DNA of 61,561 nucleotides, filler included, from Hausera hauseri (Eukaryota): NCBI GenBank assembly GCA_046269625.1. It is 9 parts of 9 records of this genome, joined end to end, with 100 filler letters (N's around TTAATTAATTAA, not from the genome) between each part and the next. Parts side by side here need not be neighbours in the genome. Positions count along the whole stretch, not along the records: positions 15,796 to 35,681 come from JBJURY010088875.1; positions 35,782 to 40,739 come from JBJURY010379036.1; 7 more parts are not named here. One strand, 5' to 3'. Shown piece by piece: positions 24,701 to 37,088 of this stretch (position 1 is its first letter; each line of letters starts with the position of its first letter). The notes under the pieces were generated by a model. It saw only the letters and a program-made list of their open reading frames with translations, ran no database searches and was not told where the DNA came from. The position numbers and the translations under genes were made by a program.

Positions 24701-27700
24701 GAGCCTGGCATCATGAAAGGCGACTCGGATGCCATGAAGTATAAGGATGCCATGCCTCTGCTGCAGCAGATATACGAGAATCTGGGCAAGTTAGAGGCGC
24801 ATTCCAGGATCAATATATCGCTTGCCGATGATGTGAGTTCTTTGGCTGCCAACGTGCTGAGAGGGATGCTGGTGGGTGATAACGACCCTGGTCGGGTGGT
24901 TCAGAAAGTAATTGGAAATCCGGTAGTGCCCAATAATGCTGATAAAGGCCGATGGAAGCTTGCGGTGGAGGATGCACGGGAGATGGCGAAAGAGCTTTTT
25001 GCACACCGCAAGGATGCGGCGGGCTACAACGAGCGCTTTCTGGAGGACGTAGTGAACGCCCGCAACAATGCACAAGCCTCTCTGGCAGAAGCGGAAGCCG
25101 AGGGCTGGATCACGCATGACTACGCAATGGAGGTCCTGAACCAGATGAATAAGGAAGTTGACCAGGCACTGGCCCAGGACAAGGCTCTAACACTGAATGA
25201 TGCACTGAACAACCTGATGGGTGAAATGTCGTTGCTGGCTGGTTCCGTGGATCAGGGGCGGTATGGAGACGAGGCTCTGGCGAGAAACATTCTGAGTCTG
25301 CAAACACTGAACCAGTGGCTGGAAAAGGCAATTCCAGAAATGGAGGGCAAGACGTCCCGAGCGCCTGAGAAAGCCCGGGTGATGGATGCCATAGGACTGT
25401 TGCGCGAGAAAGCAGACCTTCTGAGAGCTGCCGGCTCTGATCCCAAACAAGTTGCACCAACTTACGAGAAGAATATCGATCAGGCGTCACAACTGGTGAA
25501 GGCACACACCGTGCCGGTGACGACCGAAGGTTATCTGGCAAAAGCCTATACCCTGAGTGCCAGCTATCTGGAGGTGATGCTGGATTTTGTGAAGGATGTT
25601 TACGCGCAAGGTGACAAGACCCAGGCGCAACAGGACGCAATCAAGGCTTTTGTTGACCTGGGTGAGTCTTTGATCGCAGAGCGGAACAAAATCATGACCG
25701 AGGGGATGGAGCCGGAAAATCTCCAGAAGGCTAAGGTCTACAGCGAGGATAATAATGAGTATGTCACGAGATACAGCACGAAAATAGCATATAAAGACAA
25801 GATCGGGGCGCAATATGCTGAATTGCACTCTAAGTTTGGCGAGCTGCAGATGGGTGATGTTCTTCTCAATCAGCTGTTCGCACAGATAGGTGAATATGTC
25901 GATCAGGGTCGGCTTTCACTACGGGGAGTCGAAGATGTCAGCAATCTTTCTGGGGCTCAAGTGCGTGAGCTGCTGACACAGAATGCGCGTGAGGACATGT
26001 TTGATCTGCTGAAAAATGTCGACCTGTTCAGAAAAGAAACCATAGAGGCAAATCTGAATAAATATCTGGCACAGGCGCAGGGTGATCTGGACCGGATGCT
26101 GCAGATGCTGAATGACCCCAACGACACCAGGCCGGTTACACAGCAGGAAATCGATGGCCCGCTAGGCAAGTTTATTGAACTGTTTTCATGGATAAGTAAT
26201 CTGGCGCCCGGTATGCGGGATGCTGCCGTGGAGCGGATGAAAGCGATAGACGATCAGGTAAGTCATAAGCTCCGTGATGCATTGAGCAAGCGTGCTCAGA
26301 CGGTGAATGATGCGCTGCTGGATCAGGCAGAGATGTGGAGGAATGCGCATTCGATGTGGAGTGACGATAGTAGTGCGGCAGGGAGTGATACGAGTTCGAC
26401 GTTGACTGATGTGAGTTCGAGGTGGAGTGGTGTGAGTGCGAGGTTTAACGATGTAGAGAGTGATGCGAGTTCGAGGTGGAGGAATGCGTTTTCGATGTGG
26501 GATTACGATAGTAGTGCGGCAGGGAGTGAGGTGGGTTCGAGGTTGAGTGGTGTGAGTGCGAGGTGGAGTGATGTGAGTTTGAGGTTGGGTAATGTGGGTT
26601 TGAGGTTGGGTAATGTGGGTTTGAGGTTGAGTGACGATAGTAGTACGGCAGGGAGTGATGTGAGTGTGGGCAAGTATGTGCTGCTGGATCCGGAGGTGGA
26701 AAATCACCCCCTGTTCCAAAACCTGCAGAAAATTTTGCGCGACGGGGGACTGACATTAGCCGGGGAAGATGCGGCTGAAAAATTTCTGGATCAGATGACC
26801 AGGATAGAAAAAATGCTAATCAAGGTACGGGACGGGAAAATGAGTACATCGAACCCGGTATTGAACCATACCATAGTTAAGGTAGAGGGTCTGGTCAATG
26901 CTATGCGCAAAAACGGCGTACCGATGGACAGCATAGAACAAGACTTGCAGGGTTTGCAGGAGTTGCAGGAGTTGGGCAAAGCGGCGCTGCGCCGTGCGCT
27001 AGATAACGATGCGGCAGGGAGTGATGTGAAAGTGGGCAAGGGTGTGCCGCTGGATCCGGTGGTGGCCGATGACCCACTGGCCAAGGAGATACAGGCAATT
27101 CTGGACAAAGGAGAGCTGACATCCGCAGGGGAAGCCGCGACTAAAAAATTGCTGGCTCAGGTGATCAAGGTAGACAAAATGCTATCCCAGGTATATGCCA
27201 ATCAAATGGCACCGGATGACCCGGCGTTGCGCTATGCCATAAACCAGATGGTCGATCTGGGCAACGATATGCGCTCCAACGGCGTACCGATGGGCAATCT
27301 GGAACAAGAGTTGCAGGAGTTGGCCAAGGACATGAATGAGGGTGTGTCTCGTATCGTGGGGCAGAAGTTGTTGGATGCAGTCGAGGCATTGATGAATAAG
27401 GTAAAAGAAGACCCTTCTATTCGCCGGGTTGCAGAATTGTACTCTGAAACAGATGCGGTTCATAAGGCGCTGAATGATGCTGTTCGGGTTGGAGCCGAGG
27501 TGCCTCAGGCAATGCTGGATACAGCCAGTCTCTGGCTGGGTGAAATGCAGGGTGTGCTGGAGGAGCGTCAGAGTAAGGATGTAGCTAATGAGCTGAATCG
27601 GTTACAGCGTATCCTGAATCAGGCCAGCGAGGGGGATACGGCCGCGCCCAAATCTTATGCGCTCGACCCCGTGGTGGCGGAGATACCGGAGATGAAACAG

Positions 27701-30700
27701 GCAAAAGCACTGCTGGATTCCGGTACGCTTGACCCGGACACGCGCAATTTGCTGAATCAGTTGATCAGGGCTGTGACATCACTCAAGGCAGAGCAGATTG
27801 CCATCATGAAGGGCGACCAGAATGCCATGAATCTTGAGGATGCAAAGCTGCTGCTGGAGCAGATACACGAGAATCTGGGCAAGTTGCAGCATCTGCAACC
27901 CGAGATTGCGATATCGTTTTCCGGTGTGGTGGCTCCTTTGACCACCAGCGTGCTGAAAGCGCTTTTGACGGGTGATAGCGACCCTGGTCGGGTGGCTCAG
28001 CCAGTAATTGGAAATCCGGTAGTGCCCGATGATGCAGATGAAATCCGATGGCAGGGGGCGGTGAAGGATGTACTGGAGATGGCGAAAGAGCTTTCTGCAC
28101 ACATCAAGGATAGGGCGGGCTACGACAAGATCTTTCTGGAGGACGTAATTAACGCACGCAACAAGGCAACAGTCTCTCTGGCACAAGCGGAAGGCAAGGG
28201 CTGGATCACGCATGCCGGCGCAATGGCGATCCTGAATGAGGTGAAGACAGCAGTTAACCAGGCATTGGCCGAGCACAGCGCCCGGACACTGCATGATGAA
28301 CTGGATAAGCTGATGGGCGATATGCCGTCGCTGGCTGATTCCGTGGATCAGGGGCAGCTTTTGGGCAAGACTCAGGCGAAAAACATTCGGGATCTGAAAA
28401 CACTGAACCAGTGGCTGGAAAAGGCAATTCCAGAAATGGAGGGCAAGACGCCCGATGCGCCTGAGAAAATCCTGGTGATGGATGCCATAGAACTGTTGCG
28501 CGAGAAAGCAGGCCTTCTGAGAGCTGCCGGGATTGATCCCGCAGGATATGCACCAGCTTACGAGGACAATATCGATCAGGCGTCACGGCTGCTAAAGGCG
28601 CACACCGTGCCGGTGACGACTGAAGGTTATCTGGCAAAGCCCTATACCGCGAGTACCTACCATCTGGAGATGATGGTGGATTTTGTGAAGCATGCTAGCG
28701 AGAAAAGTGTCAAGACCCCGGCGCAACAGGCCAAAATCACGGCTTTTATTGTTCTGGGTGAGGCTTTGATCGCAAAGCAGGAAAAGATCATGACCGGGGG
28801 GCTGAAAGGCTCTGAAGATGAAGTCGCAAAGCAGTATGAAGAATTGTCCCGTAAGCTTGACAAGCTGCCGATAGATGAGGCTGCTTTCAAGGAACTGCTC
28901 GGGAGTATAGGTAAATCTGGAGTTCGGGCTAAGTTTCCATCGCTGAGAGGCGATGATGTCAGCAAGCTTACTGTGGCTCAAATGTGTGATCTGCTGACAC
29001 AGAATGCGCGTAAGGAGGTGCTTGAGCTGATAAACAACGGCAACCTGTTCAGAAAAGAAAACATAGAGGCAAATCTGCATCAATATCTGGCACAGGCGCA
29101 GAATGATCTGGGCCGGATGCTGCAGATGCTGAATGACCCCAACGACACCAGGCCGGTTACACAGCAGGAAATCGATAACCTGCTAGGCAAGGTTACTGAA
29201 CTGTTTTCATGGATAGAGAATCTGGCGCCCGGTATGCGGGATGCTGCCGTGGAGCAGATGGAAGCGATATCCGATCAGGCAAGTCGTAAGCTCGATGATG
29301 CATTGAACAAGCGTGCTCAGACGGTGAATGATGCGCTGCTGGAGCAGGCAGAGTTGAGTTATCAGGCCAGGCTTGGCGATACGACCGGGGGTGATGTGAG
29401 ACAGGGTCAGCAGGTGACGCTGCATCCGGCGTCGAAAGATAACCCCTTGGCCAGGACATTGCAGAAAATTCTGCAAGATGGGGGGCTGACCTCAGCTGGG
29501 GAAACTTCGGTTATAAAAATGCTGACTCATGTGACCGAGATAGACAATGTGCGATCCGAGGCAAGAGCCGGGAAAATGGAACTGGATGGTCCGGAGTTGA
29601 AAGTGGCCATACTCAATGCGGGCGAGCTGGCCCTCGATATGCGTTCCAACGGCGTATCGATGGACGGCATAAGGCAGGGCTTGCAGGATTGGGCCAAAGC
29701 CGTGCTGGGTGATTGGGTTGACGCCGGGCAGAAGAGTATGGATATTCAGCCGGAACCCTATGCTGATATGGTGAATAAATTTACGGCTGGTGATGTGTCT
29801 AAAGTTGCCCCTGCTGTAATTAAGGCTGCGGAGCGGAAGGTTTGGGACGCAGTCAATGCCTTGATGGACAGGATGGAAGACACTTCTATTCGCGTGACTC
29901 TCGACTTGGACTCTGAAATGGCTGCGCTTCAGCAGGCAGTGGCAGATGCTGTCCGGGATAGCGTCGTGTTGCCCAGGAAAATGATGAAGCAGACCAATGT
30001 CTTTCTGGGTGAAGTGCAGGAGATGCTGGAGCAGCGTCAGCATCAGGGTGTAGCTAATGAGTTGAACCTGTTGCAGGGTATCCTGGATCAGGCCGGGGAT
30101 GGGGATACGGCCACGTCCACATCTTATGTGCTCCGCTCTGTGGTAGCGGAGATGCCGGAGATGATGCAGGCGAAAGCACTGCTGGATTCCGGTAAGCTTG
30201 ACCTGGCCACGCGTGCCTTGCTGGATCAGTTTATCCAGGATGTGACATCACTCAAGAAACAGCCGGGTACCATGGGTCTTGAGGAGGCAAAGCTGCTGCT
30301 GGATCAGATATACGAGAATCTGGGCAAGTTGCAGCGGCATCCCGAGGTTAAGATGATAGCGTTTGCCGACGTGGTGGTTCCTTTGACCACCAGCGTGCTG
30401 AAAGAGCTTTTGACGGGTGATAGCGACCCTGGTTTGGTTTTGCAGTCAGGAACTGACAGTCCGGTTGTGTTCGATGCAGATGGAACCCAATGGAGGTCTG
30501 CGGAACAGAGGGTACTGGATATGGTGGCAGAGTTTGCTGCGCAGGTCAGCGATAAGGGGAACAGCCTGCGCTTTCCGGGGGACGTGATTGATGCGCTCAA
30601 CAGGGCAGAAGATCATCTGGCAGAAGCGGTAGAAAAAGGCTTGGTTGCGCTTGGTGAAGCAATAGAGGCCCTGGAGAAGATGGAGAAGGCGGTTGACCAG

Positions 30701-33700
30701 GTATTGGCTGCTGACAGAGCCCGGACACTGAGTGATGAACTGCTCGAGCTGACAGGCAAGAACATGTTGCTGGATTCGGCGGCGAAAGATAACCCCTTGG
30801 CCAAGGAACTGCAGCAAATTTTGCAAAAAGAGGTGCTGACGCCAGAGGGGAAAGCTGCGGCTGAAAAAATGCTGGCTAAGGCGATCGAGATAGGCGAGAT
30901 GCTATCCGCGGAAAAAGCCGGAAGAATTAAACTGAATAACAAGGGGTTGGCCGATGCCCTGTTTGAGGCGGGCGAGCTGGCCAACGAAATGCGCGACAAC
31001 GGCATACCGATGGACGATATAGACCAGAGCTTGCGGAATTTGGTCAAAGCCGTGCGGGACGATTCGGTTGATGCCTGGCGGAAGGGCATGGATATTGAGC
31101 TGGGATCGTATGACGATATGGTGAGTAAATTTAAGGCTGGTGATGTGTCTAAAGTTGACCCTGCTGTAGTTGAGACTGCGAGGAAGAAGCTTTTGGACGC
31201 AGTCCGTGCCTTGAGGGACAAGATAGAAGAAGACCCTGCTATTCGCGTGACTAACGAATTAAAACCTGAAATAGATGCGATTTATAAGGCAATGAAAGAT
31301 GCTGTCCGGGATAATGTCGTGTTGTCCAAGGAAACGACAGGTGATGTCAATGCAGTACTGGGTGAAATGCAGAAGGCGCTGGAGAACCGTCAGAATCTGG
31401 ATTTAGAGCGTGATCTGGCCCAGTTGAATAATCTCCGGAAACAAGCTAAGCATGAGGGTAGGGTCGCTCCCATACCTGAATCTGATCTGGACGGCTTTCG
31501 GAGTCAGTTTACTCAGGATGTGAAGAAGCTCATAAAAGAGCATCTTGGCATCATAAATCGCAAACCGGGTGCCATGGGGGATGAGGATGCCATGCGTCTG
31601 CTGGAACGGATACACGAGAATCTGGGCAAGTTGCAGTCGAATCTCAATATCAAGATACCGTTTGTCGAGGATGTGGATTCTTTGACTGCCGAGGTGCTGA
31701 GAGCGATGAGAGTAGTGGGTAATAGCGACCCTGGTCGGTTGGCTCAGTCAATAATTAATAATCCGGTAGTGCCCGATGATGGAGATGAAAGCCGATGGAA
31801 GGGTGCGATGCAGGATGTACGGGATATGGCAGAAGAGCTTGTTGCATCTCTCAAGGATGGGATGGGCTACGACAAGTACACTCCGGATGACGTAACGAAC
31901 GTATACAACAAGGCAAAAGCCTATATGGCAGAAGCGGAAGGCATGAACTGGATCTCGCATGACGAGGCAAGGGCGAACCTGGAGAAGATGAAGACAGCAG
32001 TTGACCAGGCAATGCTCGCGCACAACGCTCGGGCACTGCGTGATGAACTGAGTAATCTGACGGGTGAAATGTCGCCGCTGGCTGACTCCATGGATCAGGG
32101 GCGGTATTTAGGCGAGTTTATGACGGGCCGCATTCAGGATCTGCAAGAACTGAACCGGTGGCTGGAAGATGCAATGCTAAAAATACAGGGCAACCAGCTC
32201 GATGCGCCTGAGAACCCCATTGTGGAGGGTGTCATAAAACTGTTGAACGAGACAGCAGGCATTCTGGAAAACGCCGGCCTTGACCCCGCAGACTATGCGC
32301 CAACTTACAAGGAACATATCAATCAGGCGTCACGGCTGCTGGACGATATGACAGGGAGTGATGTGAGTACGATAGGGAGTGATGTGAGTAGGACAGGGAG
32401 TGATGTGAGTAGGACAGGGAGTGATGTGAGTAGGACAGGGAGTGATGTGAGTCTGGGCAAGCATGTGCTACTGGATTCAAAGGTGGCCGATCGCCCCTTG
32501 CTCCAAAAACTGCAGAAAATTTTTCAAGAAGCGGAACTGACATTCGCCGGGGGAGACGCGACTGGAAGATTGCTGGATCACATGATCAGGATAGAAAAAA
32601 TGATGCTCCAGGTAAAGGACGGGAACAGGGACATATTTGACCCGGAATTGAGAGATGCTCTATCTAAGATAGAGGAGCTGGTCAACGATATGCGCAACAA
32701 CGGCGTACCGATGAGCGGTCTAGAACAAGACTTGCAGAATGTGCAGGCTTTGGCCAAAAACGTGCTGGGCGATTCAGTTGATGCCAGACAGAAGGGCATG
32801 GATGCTAACCTGGAAGCCTATGACGATATGGTGAGTAAATTTAAGGCTAATACTGTGTCTAAAGTTGACCCTGTTGTAGTTGAGGCTGCGAGGCAGAAGC
32901 TTGTGAACGCAGTCGGTGCCTTGAGGGACAAGATAGAAGCAGACCCTGCTATTCGCATGACTAACCAATTAAAACCTGAAATAGATGCGATTTATAAGGC
33001 AGTGAAAGATGCTGTCCGGGATAACGTCGTGTTTTCCAAGGAAACTTCAGATGATGTCAATGAAGTACTGGGTGACATGCATAAGGAGCTGGAGTACCGT
33101 CAGAATCTGGATTTAGCCAATGATCTGGCCCAGTTGGATAATCACCGGAAACAAGCTAGGCATGAGGGTGGGGCCGCTCCCATATCTGATTCTGATCTGA
33201 AAGGCTTGCGGAATCAGTTTATCCAGGATGTGCTGGAGCTCAAGGAAGCGCGGCCTGGCATCGTGAATCGCACCCAGGGTGCCATGGGGTATAAGAAGGC
33301 AATGGAGCTGATGGAGCGGATATACGGGAATCTGGGCAAGTTAGAGGCGCATCCCGATATCGTGATACCGTTTGCCGGTGTGGTGGATTCTTTGGCTGCC
33401 GACGTGCTGAGAGCGATGACAGTGGGTAATAGCGACCCTGGTCGGGTGACTCAGCCAATAGTTAATAATCCGGTAGTGCCCAATGATGGAGATGAAAGCC
33501 GATGGAAGGGTGCGATGCAGGATGTACGGGATATGGCAGGAGAGCTTTTTGCATCTCTCAAGGATGAGACGGGCTATAACAAGCGCACTCCGGATGACGT
33601 AACGAACGTATACCACAAGGCAAAAACCTATCTGGCAGAAGCGGAAGCCAATGACCAGATTACGCGTGACGATGCAATAAAGAACCTGAACGAGATGCAG

Positions 33701-35680
33701 AAGTTGGTTGACCGGGCAATAGACGAGTACAACGCCCGGAGACTCTATGATGGACTGGGTAATCTGACGGGTGAAATGTCGCCGCTGGTTGGCTCCATGG
33801 ATCAGGGGCAGCATGTAGAGGGGATTCTGGCGGACCACATTCAGGAGCTGAAAAGACTGAACCGGTGGCTGGAAAATGTAATTCCAAAAATAGAGGGCAA
33901 GAAGACCAATGCGCCTGATAAAGACCTGGTGATGGGTGTCATAGGCGTATTGAACGAGACAGCAGACATTCTGGAAGACGCCAGCCTTAGCCCCGCAAAA
34001 TATGCGCCAACTTACGAGAAAAATATCAATCAGGCGGCACTGCTGCTGGAGGGTATGACAGAGAGTGATGGTCGTACGACAGGGAGTGACGTGCGTCCGG
34101 GCAAATATGTGCTACTGGATCCAGCGGTGGCCCATGACCCCTTGCTCCAAAGACTGCAGAAAATTTTGCAAGATGGAGGGCTGACACAGGCTGGGGAAGC
34201 CGCGACTGAAAAATTGCTGACTCAGGTGACCGGGATAGACAAAATGGCGCTCAAGGTAAAGGCCAGGGAAATAAAAGCGAATGACCCGGCATTGAGCCGT
34301 GCCATAGTTAGGATAGAGGAGCTGGTCAACGATATGCGCAACAACGGCGTACCGATGGACGATGTAGAACAAGACTTGCAGAAGTTGCAGGGTTTGCAGG
34401 ATTTGGCCAAAGCCGTGCTGGGTGATTTGGCTGATGCCAGACGGGAGGGCATGGATGCTCACCTGAAACCCTATGTCGATATGGTGAATAAATTTGCGGC
34501 TGATGTTGCGCCTAAATCTGGAGTTGACTCTGCTGTATTGGGGGCTGTGAAGCAGAAGTTGACTGACGCATCCAACGCTTTGATGAATAAGGTAAAAAAC
34601 CCTACCATTCGCCGGGCTGCAGAGTTGAAGCCTGAAATAGATGCGATTCATAGGGCATTGGAAGAGGCTGTCCAGGCTGGAATCGGGGTATCCGGGAAAA
34701 AGATAGATGATATCAATCTCCGGCTGGATGCCGTGCAGGATTTGTTGGAGAACCGCCAGCATCAGGATGTAGTTAACGAGCTGAACCGGTTGCGGGATTC
34801 CCAGGAGCAGGCGGCCGAGGTAGCAGGGCAGAAACTGCAGGATGATGCAGCGCGGGCGAGGGCACAGGAGGAAGAGGTACTAGCCAGGTATGTGGAGAAA
34901 CTACGAGAGTACAAAGCCAAGATGGCGGAGCACAACGACCGCCTGAAGGCAACAACGCAAGATGCCCAGGAATTGGGGATCAAGGCCCGGTTTGAGCTTA
35001 ATGCGCAGAACTACGGGCTGAATCCGGGCGATGAAAATATGTACGGCCCGGATCGTCTGGAGAAGCTGAAGGAGTGGCAGAGTAATGACGAGAAGCGGAA
35101 TGCTGCGAATGCGGCAGCAGAAGAGGCGAGCAGGAGGAGCCAGAATGGCGGAGAGACGAGTAATCGAACATATGACACAGTGTATGAGGAAACTGTTTAC
35201 GGTCCAAGCAGGGGGAGCCAGAATGGCGAAGAGGAGGGCAATGATCCCCAGGGAACCAACGGTCGCACGAATTGGGCGCAAACCGGCATGAGCCTGGCGG
35301 TGACCTTGCTGTTTGGTGGGATAAGCGTGTACCAGATGTACGGTGCGGTGCGTGCGCTGGAAGATTACCTGAAGCACACGCCGGCCAACGAGCGTAGTAA
35401 CGAGGTGTTGAGCGGGCTGGGGGTGGGTATATTTTCAGGCGCGGTCACGTCGGGGATGCTGGCGCTGGATTCGGCCAGCATGGCAATGGCGCAGGTTGCC
35501 GAGAATTCGATAGCGGCGGGGAGGTCGTTCGCAGGAGCGCAACAGGCGAAGATGGCATATTTGTCGTGGGCTGGGGTGGGCATATCGGCGGTGATTGGTT
35601 TTGTGATGATCGTACAGGCGGCGGCGGTGTATCGTGAAGCGCATTTTGAGGAATTGACGGGTGCGGTGGTGATGGGTGTG
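15797..35680 (+). CDS. Giant repetitive alpha-helical protein (partial at both ends, >=6628 aa), probably a bacterial toxin/effector
   Basis: One stop-free frame spans the whole 19.9-kb contig with no introns and higher GC than the other contigs. It has 11 copies of I(H/Y)ENLGKL, 12 copies of DMRxNGV and a hydrophobic multi-helix C-terminal region. The GTG start at 15800 and the 'LIN' end are contig-edge/linker artefacts. Confidence 0.93.
16232..34800 (+). repeat. Intragenic tandem array, core unit ~1.31 kb (~436 aa), 11-12 copies
   Basis: ENLGKL-type anchors at 16445, 17753, 19067, 20375, 21803, 23213, 24776, 27869, 30314, 31616, 33326. Spacings 1308, 1314, 1308, 1428, 1410, 1563, 3093, 2445, 1302, 1710 are all multiples of 3. 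Confidence 0.95.
32351..32455 (+). repeat. 21-bp coding VNTR (TGSDVSR) x5
   Basis: acagggagtgatgtgagtagg repeated five times with minor variation; related arrays at ~20850-20945, 22280-22350, 23690-23845 and 26330-26675. Confidence 0.95.
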
Positions 35681-35681
35681 G

Positions 35682-35781
35682 NNNNNNNNNNNNNNNNNNN
35701 NNNNNNNNNNNNNNNNNNNNNNNNNTTAATTAATTAANNNNNNNNNNNNNNNNNNNNNNNNNNNNNNNNNNNNNNNNNNNN
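35682..35781. other. Artificial contig linker
   Basis: N44-TTAATTAATTAA-N44. Confidence 0.99.
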
Positions 35782-35872
35782 GTTATATCATCTCTTGACA
35801 AATTCATTGTACATTGAAGACACTAATAATATGAGTTATAATATCATTGAGTTAAATTTTGATTAATTTCAT

Positions 35873-37088
35873 TTGTATTTAGATCTACCAGAATGTATGT
35901 TCTGCAGAGTCATCCTCACTGAAGTGTACAGATTACCGCCATGTCTACATATGGTCTGTCTATTTTGTATAGAACGAATTCGACTACAGGCCCATCCTAC
36001 ACCATACTGCCCTGTTTGTACATATGAAATTAAATATTGCATTAGTCATGATGTATACCCATCCGACGCTGACCAATAATTACTAGATGCCCAGACCTTC
36101 GATATCATTGAACCTACAAACAATACTGCCTATTACTACACCTGGAATATATCCACCCCTTTTTCTATTCCGAATTTTCAATTGCACATGTGTAGTCTAT
36201 GTCAAAAACCTAATAGAATAGCCTATCAATTTAGCTGTTGTAATGCCGAGTACTGTGCACATTGCTATCAACTAGACTCCCATCATCGATACTTAATCTG
36301 TAGTATATGTAAATTTTGCCCTCAATTTATTTACTCGTATTTTCATCATCCAAGAAGGGCTCTCCTCACTATCACCAACACGCCAATTCCACAGATACTT
36401 CCAACAAGATATTTTCGGCTAGAACAACAAGCATCAGTTAGAATAGAATTCCCAATTCATAGATTTAACCCCTCTATAATAAACAGACTACCACCGATTG
36501 TTCCTCAAACACCTTTACCTCACATTACTGTTATGACTCTATTACGACAACCATCTTCAATACCACACCCACGCTATCATCCCGAACAAATCACTAGACC
36601 ACTACCTGAATTGCCAGTACCTGTACCTACAATAATACCCACACCAACCATTTCCTATAGTCCACCATTACCAATATCCTTACAAGAGCATTGGTTTCCT
36701 GTCCTACTACTACGACCAGATTCCTACTTATGAGTGTACTATATGTCTTACTGAAAGAACAACAGTGGTTCAATTCCAATGTAACCACAAATTATGTGCA
36801 ACTTGTTTTAACAAACTTCGATCTCAATCTCTCAAATCGATTGACCCAGAAGACGCTCTTCAGATGACTTTTCAGAATGGCATTTCGTGTCCATACTGCC
36901 GACAACCATCAGTTTACTACCACTTATCTTATACCTACGACAACCGCGTCCAGCGACTATGTCATTGGATGAATCCAGTAAATGATGCAACTTTGACGAT
37001 CAGACCCAGAAACCTCAGTTTTATAGATGTCAGCACCCAGAGTGATCCGGAGGACCGAATCCTTTTTCAAAAGGGGGAGAAATGTTAA
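35873..37088 (+). pseudogene. Triple RING-finger protein gene (RING-RING-Pro-rich linker-RING), disrupted
   Basis: RING1 CMFC..CLHMVCLFC..CPVC; RING2-like CSLC..CCNAEYCAHC..CSIC in the same frame after TAA at 36077; RING3 CTIC..CNHKLCATC..CPYC from 36735 in a shifted frame. Confidence 0.8.

Noticed and set aside
15877-35644. Dozens of minus-strand ORFs within contig 4
   Set aside because: They are antisense shadows of the giant ORF, recur with its repeats and have no independent protein features.
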